NCBI RefSeq assembly: GCF_003057965.1
Contig: NZ_CP020921.1
Location: 546,916-610,915, forward strand
DNA: 64,000 bases
Source: Thermodesulfobium acidiphilum
Lineage (GTDB): Bacteria > Thermodesulfobiota > Thermodesulfobiia > Thermodesulfobiales > Thermodesulfobiaceae
Reading direction: 5' to 3'
Of the stretch, positions 58,838 to 64,000 are shown one piece after another (the first letter of the stretch is position 1; every line of letters starts with the position of its first letter). Below the pieces are notes generated by a model. That model was not told the origin of the DNA and did no database searches. It saw only the letters and a list, made by a program, of their open reading frames with translations. A program made the translations under genes and the position numbers.

Positions 58838-58879
58838 ATTTTTAATTGTTTTTTAATTTATTTCTTATACAAATAAAGC

Positions 58880-59866
58880 ATGTTAAAAAGACGATGTGAA
58901 ATATTCCTTTTTTTTCTATTTTTAAGCATTATTGTTTGTGAAAATTCTTTTGCAAACAATTTTAATTATATTAAATTAACGCCCGAAGGAAGTGTATTAT
59001 CGTTTGGCTCTTCTGTTGAAAAAGGTATAAATTTTTTCCCATTTAATCCAGCCTCAATAGCTTCTAGTAGAGGTTTACAATTACTAATGACTCATTCTCT
59101 CAGACATTTTCCTGGAAGAATAAAAAATCTTGATCAACTTGATGCTGATGTATATGGTTTTAGTTTACCATTTGAAGCTGGCAAAACAAATTTTGGATAT
59201 CTTTGGATGACACCTCATGAAACAGGTTTTGACTGGTGTACCCAAAATTCTGGTGAAAATGGGAGAGTGCCCAGAAGAACGCTAAAGGGTGGGCTTTTTG
59301 AAATTGGTCTGGCTCACAGAAATGATATATCTAATGTAGGTTTTTCTTTAGCAAAGGGTGATTTTTGGCTAAAGGATGATAAAACTGGAAAAACTATATA
59401 TACACATAAATTTTTTATGTTACAACCAGGCTATATGTGGGAAAGTTCTACCGATAAGTTTAAGTATGGCATTACTCCATCTTTCTCAACTGAGGAGCTT
59501 AAAGATAGCTCTGGTACCCATACGAAAAAAACTATAAATTTACAATTTTCTTGGGGATATAAACTTGATAGCAGAAGTGATGCTATAATTTCATCTGATG
59601 TGTCCATATCTTTAAATGATGGAAAATTAAAAATTGGAATAAAACCAATAACTGGAATTGGTTATCGAACTTTTGCTTTGAATAAAAAAAATTTACTTTT
59701 AGAGGTAGGATATCATGACGGTGCAATTCACTATGATGCAGGAGTTAAGACTGGTTCTATGATAGTAGATTATGCTACACTAAAGAATTCTATAGGGTTA
59801 ATAACAGGGCAAAATGTGCAACTCATGAAAGATGTACATCTAGCCTCTATAACTCTGAAGTTTTAA
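58880..59866 (+). CDS. Exported hypothetical protein, probable outer-membrane beta-barrel (PorV/FadL-like)
   Basis: Signal peptide, FNPASIA motif, amphipathic strands and C-terminal HLASITLKF. Confidence 0.55.
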   Translation: MLKRRCEIFLFFLFLSIIVCENSFANNFNYIKLTPEGSVLSFGSSVEKGINFFPFNPASIASSRGLQLLMTHSLRHFPGRIKNLDQLDADVYGFSLPFEAGKTNFGYLWMTPHETGFDWCTQNSGENGRVPRRTLKGGLFEIGLAHRNDISNVGFSLAKGDFWLKDDKTGKTIYTHKFFMLQPGYMWESSTDKFKYGITPSFSTEELKDSSGTHTKKTINLQFSWGYKLDSRSDAIISSDVSISLNDGKLKIGIKPITGIGYRTFALNKKNLLLEVGYHDGAIHYDAGVKTGSMIVDYATLKNSIGLITGQNVQLMKDVHLASITLKF

Positions 59867-59882
59867 AAATTTTTAGGAGTTT

Positions 59883-61070
59883 TTGATGGATAAAAATTTA
59901 GAAAATTTGAATAATGGAATATCTAAAAGGATTTTAAGAAAGCGAAAGAGTTCTACCAGGCGAAAAATTATGATTTTGTCTGTAATATTGTTCGTTTTAT
60001 CTGGATTTTGTGGATTTGTCTTCGGTTTGTTTACTCCTACTAAAAATATAGGTGACTTATTAACCCCAAATTTTATGGCTCAACCTGCAAAAGGAGAGTT
60101 AAATTTGGTGCTTTTTGGTATAGATGATGTTGATGAGACTCATAGAACTGATACGATTCTTTGGTTAAATATCAACACAGATAATAAAACTATAACTATG
60201 ATGTCAGTACCAAGAGACACTCTTGTCCCAATACCGGGACATGGTTATGACAAAATAAATGCTGCTTATGCATATGGAGAAACTGAACTTGCACTCAGAA
60301 CACTTGCAAATTTTATTGGGGTTAAGCCTGATAAGTATGTTGTTTTGGGGTATAAGGGTTTTATGAAAATTATAGATGCTATTGGCGGGGTAGATATCAA
60401 TGTTGACAAAAGAATGTATTACGTTGACAATTGGGCACATTTTACTATTGACCTATATCCTGGAATGCAGCACTTGAATGGCTTGCAATCTTTAGAATAT
60501 GTAAGATTTAGGCACGATGCTTTAGGTGATTTAGGAAGAATGAGAAGACAGCAAGAATTTCTTCTTGCAGTTAAAAATAAGCTTTTTTCAAGTCCAGCTA
60601 TGATAGCAAAGATACCAGATATTTTAAAAGTAGTTCTGGATAACGTTCAAACAAATATGTCATTTAATGACGCTCTTAGTTGGGCTCTTGCTGTTAAAGA
60701 AATTATAAACCAACCAAACTTTCAAATTAAGAGAGTCTTTCTTGATGAAGGAATGGTGCCAAAATATGCTTATGGGATAGATTATCTATGGCCAACTCAG
60801 AAGGTTGTTTCAATTATAAAAAGTGCTTTTCCCAATGCCAATCCTGATGTTCCATTAACCTTTCCCTTCCCAGAAGACAACACGACTTATAGTAGCATAA
60901 ATACAGTTGTTCAAAAAACTCCTCCAACTCAAACAACGAGTGAGGCTAAGAATAAGAACACTACAAAAAATGAACCTAAAACTAATATAAATAGTTCCAA
61001 TACTAAAATTAATGAAAATCAAAAGACTTCACCAACAAATAATAATACAATTACCCTTCCTCAAAGATAA
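59883..61070 (+). CDS. LytR-CpsA-Psr (LCP) family protein
   Basis: TM, RTDTI, SVPRDT, KINAAY, YVRFRHD..GDLGRMRRQQ and a low-complexity N/T tail. Confidence 0.92.
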   Translation: MMDKNLENLNNGISKRILRKRKSSTRRKIMILSVILFVLSGFCGFVFGLFTPTKNIGDLLTPNFMAQPAKGELNLVLFGIDDVDETHRTDTILWLNINTDNKTITMMSVPRDTLVPIPGHGYDKINAAYAYGETELALRTLANFIGVKPDKYVVLGYKGFMKIIDAIGGVDINVDKRMYYVDNWAHFTIDLYPGMQHLNGLQSLEYVRFRHDALGDLGRMRRQQEFLLAVKNKLFSSPAMIAKIPDILKVVLDNVQTNMSFNDALSWALAVKEIINQPNFQIKRVFLDEGMVPKYAYGIDYLWPTQKVVSIIKSAFPNANPDVPLTFPFPEDNTTYSSINTVVQKTPPTQTTSEAKNKNTTKNEPKTNINSSNTKINENQKTSPTNNNTITLPQR

Positions 61071-61126
61071 AGTTTTTTAGCTAAGAAGTAGTTAAATCAT
61101 TTAAAAATTTTTTTATGGATTTCAAA

Positions 61127-62227
61127 TTATTGAACAGATAAAAGTTCTAATTTTCTCATATTTTCTGCAGCAATGAGAGCATCAATTATTTCGTCTAAAT
61201 CACCATCTAAAATTTCGTTTAATCTATATAAAGTAAGATTTATCCTGTGATCAGTTACTCTACCCTGAGGGAAATTATAAGTTCTAATTTTTTCGCTCCT
61301 ATCGCCTGATCCGACTTGTATTTTTCTAAATGTTGCTATTTCTTTTTCTGATGCAATTCTCTTTTCTTCAAGGATCTTTGCAGCCAGAATTCTCATAGCT
61401 TTTTCTTTATTCTGGAATTGAGAACGCTCGTCCTGACAGGCAACTACTATTCCTGTAGGCAAGTGCGTTATTCTTACTGCAGAATCAGTTTTGTTAACAT
61501 GTTGCCCACCCGCTCCTCCGGCGCGGAAGGTATCAATTTTTAAGTCCCTTTCATCAATTGTGACGTCAATTTCATCTGCTTCTGGTAACACTGCAACTGT
61601 TGCTGTAGAGGTATGTATTCTACCTCCAGATTCTGTTTCTGGCACCCTTTGGACCCTGTGAGTTCCACTTTCGAATTTTAATCTGCTGTATATCCTTTTT
61701 CCTTTTATTGAAATTATTGCTTCCTTTATACCACCAATTCCTGTTTCATTGATAGACAATATTTCTGTTTTTGCATTTTTTCTTTCAGCATATCTAAGAT
61801 ACATTCTTAAAAGTTCTGAAGCAAATAATGCTGCCTCTTCTCCACCTGCGCCAGCTCTGATTTCAAGAATTATGTTTTTTTCATCAAGTGGATCCTTGGG
61901 CAAGATAAAATTTAGCAACTTTGATTCTAAATTGTCAATATTTTTCTCTACAACTTGAAATTCTTCTTCTGCTAAAGTTTTTATCTCTTCGTCCTCACTA
62001 TTTTTTAGTTCTTTGAGATCAGATAAATAATTTCTCAGTTTATTTAGTTCTTTATAGTTATTTACAACCTCCTCTAACTCTGCTTTTTCTTGAGAAAGAG
62101 ATATAAGTTTAGAAGGATTGTTTATTATTTCTAAATTTGATAAAAGTTCATTTATTTCATTATAACGGTTAAGCAGCTTTAAAATATTGTCTTCAAAAAC
62201 TTTAAAATCCAAACCTATTACCTCCAA
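61127..62227 (-). CDS. prfA: Peptide chain release factor 1
   Basis: GGQ motif, PET anticodon-mimic tripeptide, [11 protein letters not shown] and RTYNFPQ; the start is probably TTG 62212. Confidence 0.97.
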   Translation of the reverse strand: MEVIGLDFKVFEDNILKLLNRYNEINELLSNLEIINNPSKLISLSQEKAELEEVVNNYKELNKLRNYLSDLKELKNSEDEEIKTLAEEEFQVVEKNIDNLESKLLNFILPKDPLDEKNIILEIRAGAGGEEAALFASELLRMYLRYAERKNAKTEILSINETGIGGIKEAIISIKGKRIYSRLKFESGTHRVQRVPETESGGRIHTSTATVAVLPEADEIDVTIDERDLKIDTFRAGGAGGQHVNKTDSAVRITHLPTGIVVACQDERSQFQNKEKAMRILAAKILEEKRIASEKEIATFRKIQVGSGDRSEKIRTYNFPQGRVTDHRINLTLYRLNEILDGDLDEIIDALIAAENMRKLELLSVQ

Positions 62228-62294
62228 TAGTAATTGATATATTTTAGTTAAAATGATAACATATTGTTTTGATATTATTGAAGTGAGGTGAATC

Positions 62295-62621
62295 GTGGAA
62301 GAAGATAGAGAGTTTGATGAATTGGAAATCTTTGAAATTGAAGAAGAAGAAGGAGTTAAAAAGCAATACGAACTATTAGATAAGTTTGAACTGGATGATA
62401 AATTGTATTTTGTCCTTACTCCTTACTTTGAAGAGGAAGTTGATAGTGAATATGTGCCAGAAATATCAATTTTCAGGCAGGAAAGTGACAATTTTTTAAC
62501 TCCAGTAGTAATATTTGGTTCTGAAGATACAAAAGTGGATGAGTCTTTAACAGACGAAGAGTTTGACAAAATATACCAATATCTAAAGGAAAGTTTTGAT
62601 TTCGAAGATATTTCAGAATAA
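62295..62621 (+). CDS. Acidic DUF1292-like protein
   Basis: Very acidic, with [11 protein letters not shown] and DEEFDKI; upstream of mltG as in Firmicutes. Confidence 0.7.
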   Translation: MEEDREFDELEIFEIEEEEGVKKQYELLDKFELDDKLYFVLTPYFEEEVDSEYVPEISIFRQESDNFLTPVVIFGSEDTKVDESLTDEEFDKIYQYLKESFDFEDISE

Positions 62622-62639
62622 TTTAGTTTAATTTAAAGT

Positions 62640-63629
62640 ATGCAATTCAGAAAAACAATGTCTCGTTTGAAGAGATGGTGTATATGTTTTGTTGTTTTTA
62701 TGGCATTTTTAATTGTTATCAATTTTCCTTATGTATTATTCTATAGATTGCCCGACAAGGTAGATTTTCATGTTTACAAGGGTGAATCATCGAGCGATGT
62801 TCTACAGAAACTTTATAAAGTTTACGGTACTAGCCCATCGCTTTTTGCTGATTTATACTTTAGGCTAAAGAACTTTGATCCAAAACCTGGTAACTATAGC
62901 TTAGAAGGAAGCTTTTTAGATTCTGTATATGCTATACAAAAAGGTCCTGATGACTTTTTAAAGGTTACCTTTCCTGAGGGTTTGAGAATTAGGGATATGG
63001 TTTTAATTTTAAAGAAAGACGGATACAGCAAATATAAAGAGTATGAAAATATTGCCTATAATGATTTAAAATCCTTTTCGAAGAAGTTTTCCTTCTTGCA
63101 GGGAATTAATTCTAATTCTCTAGAAGGTTTTTTGTTTCCGGATACTTATTTTATTAGCAAAAATGAATCCCCTAAAGAAATTATTGATATGCAATTGAGT
63201 GATTTTGAGAAGAGGGTATGGCCGCTTATTAAAAATAGAAGAGATTATTATGATGTTTTGAAGCTAGCTTCTTTGGTTGAAGGCGAAGCAAAAGTTGATA
63301 AAGAACGACCTATAATTGCTTCGGTTTTTTTAAACAGATTAAAAATTAATATGCCTTTAGAATCCTGTGCAAGTGTGGAATATTTTCTTCCTGTTCATAA
63401 AGATGTATTATCTTATGCTGATACGAGAATTGAATCGCCTTATAATACTTATATACATTATGGTTTGCCACCAACACCTATTAATAGTCCTTCAATCAAG
63501 TCAATAGAAGCGGTTTTACACCCAGCTCATACTAAATATTTGTATTTTGTAGCAAAGGGAGACGGGACGCACTTTTTCTCCCAGACGTATGAAGAACAAC
63601 AAGCTTTTATAAAGAGCCTTGGAGGGTGA
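62640..63629 (+). CDS. mltG: Endolytic transglycosylase MltG
   Basis: TFPEG, LEGFLFPDTY, LASLVEGE, SPYNTY..GLPPTPI and YLYFV motifs. Confidence 0.95.
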   Translation: MQFRKTMSRLKRWCICFVVFMAFLIVINFPYVLFYRLPDKVDFHVYKGESSSDVLQKLYKVYGTSPSLFADLYFRLKNFDPKPGNYSLEGSFLDSVYAIQKGPDDFLKVTFPEGLRIRDMVLILKKDGYSKYKEYENIAYNDLKSFSKKFSFLQGINSNSLEGFLFPDTYFISKNESPKEIIDMQLSDFEKRVWPLIKNRRDYYDVLKLASLVEGEAKVDKERPIIASVFLNRLKINMPLESCASVEYFLPVHKDVLSYADTRIESPYNTYIHYGLPPTPINSPSIKSIEAVLHPAHTKYLYFVAKGDGTHFFSQTYEEQQAFIKSLGG

Positions 63630-63633
63630 TAAT

Positions 63634-64000
63634 GTGAAAAATAAATTTTTTTATACATTCATAATTACATTGGCTTGTTTGTTGTCGTTTTTTGGGTTTT
63701 ATCTTGTTGGAAAAGGTTTTAATCTTTTGTTTTTTAACAGACCACATACCCAAATTACTGCATCTAGCGAAAATAATAATGTTGAGATCCCGGCTTCTTC
63801 ACAAGATAAAAGTTCTGGCTCTAATATAAATTCACAGCAAAAAGGTTATAATAATGAAACTGTTACTGGTGGTAATTCTAAACCCATAATACAAGAGAAT
63901 AGTCAAGGAATTGCTAATGAATCTCAAAGTAACAATTTGAAAAGCACAACAAATTTGCTTTACAAGGTAAGAGTGGGTCCTTTTGATAACGAACAAGATA
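63634..64000 (+). CDS. SPOR-domain membrane-anchored protein (partial, runs off the window)
   Basis: GTG at 63634 after GGAGGG; N-terminal TM, N/S/Q-rich linker, then YKVRVGPF. No stop before the window end. Confidence 0.75.
   Translation, partial: MKNKFFYTFIITLACLLSFFGFYLVGKGFNLLFFNRPHTQITASSENNNVEIPASSQDKSSGSNINSQQKGYNNETVTGGNSKPIIQENSQGIANESQSNNLKSTTNLLYKVRVGPFDNEQD

Overview
AT-rich chromosomal window from an anaerobic bacterium. The housekeeping gene order is Firmicute-like, but outer-membrane beta-barrel genes suggest a diderm; it resembles Thermodesulfobium, which is an unverified impression. Most of the window is housekeeping: nrnA-truB-ribF, aroH, folD, a partial his cluster, the pur cluster, amj, gatCAB, ruvX, a CbiA/DsrN-like amidase, asd-dapA-queH-queA, hsp20 with a CIRCE element, tRNA-Ile2, an OmpM-like SLH porin, lgt, a full dcw cluster (mraZ to ftsZ), an LCP protein, prfA and mltG. 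The main discovery is an eight-gene, minus-strand, group 4 membrane-bound [NiFe]-hydrogenase operon (21603-28663). Its large subunit is split by the ORF caller at an in-frame TGA (27985-27987) that falls on the second Cys of the N-terminal Ni-binding motif (RVCGI-UGA-SMSHP). A bacterial-SECIS-like hairpin follows, with its loop 23 nt downstream. This predicts a 365-aa selenoprotein with Sec at the Ni-Fe bridging position, whereas classical [NiFeSe] enzymes carry Sec at the C-terminal, terminal-ligand position. Also found: two genes that appear to need CTG start codons (nrnA, ftsQ-like), a decayed IS200/IS605 (tnpA/tnpB) element whose right end overlaps the queA stop codon, and five 10-bp-phased MraZ boxes.
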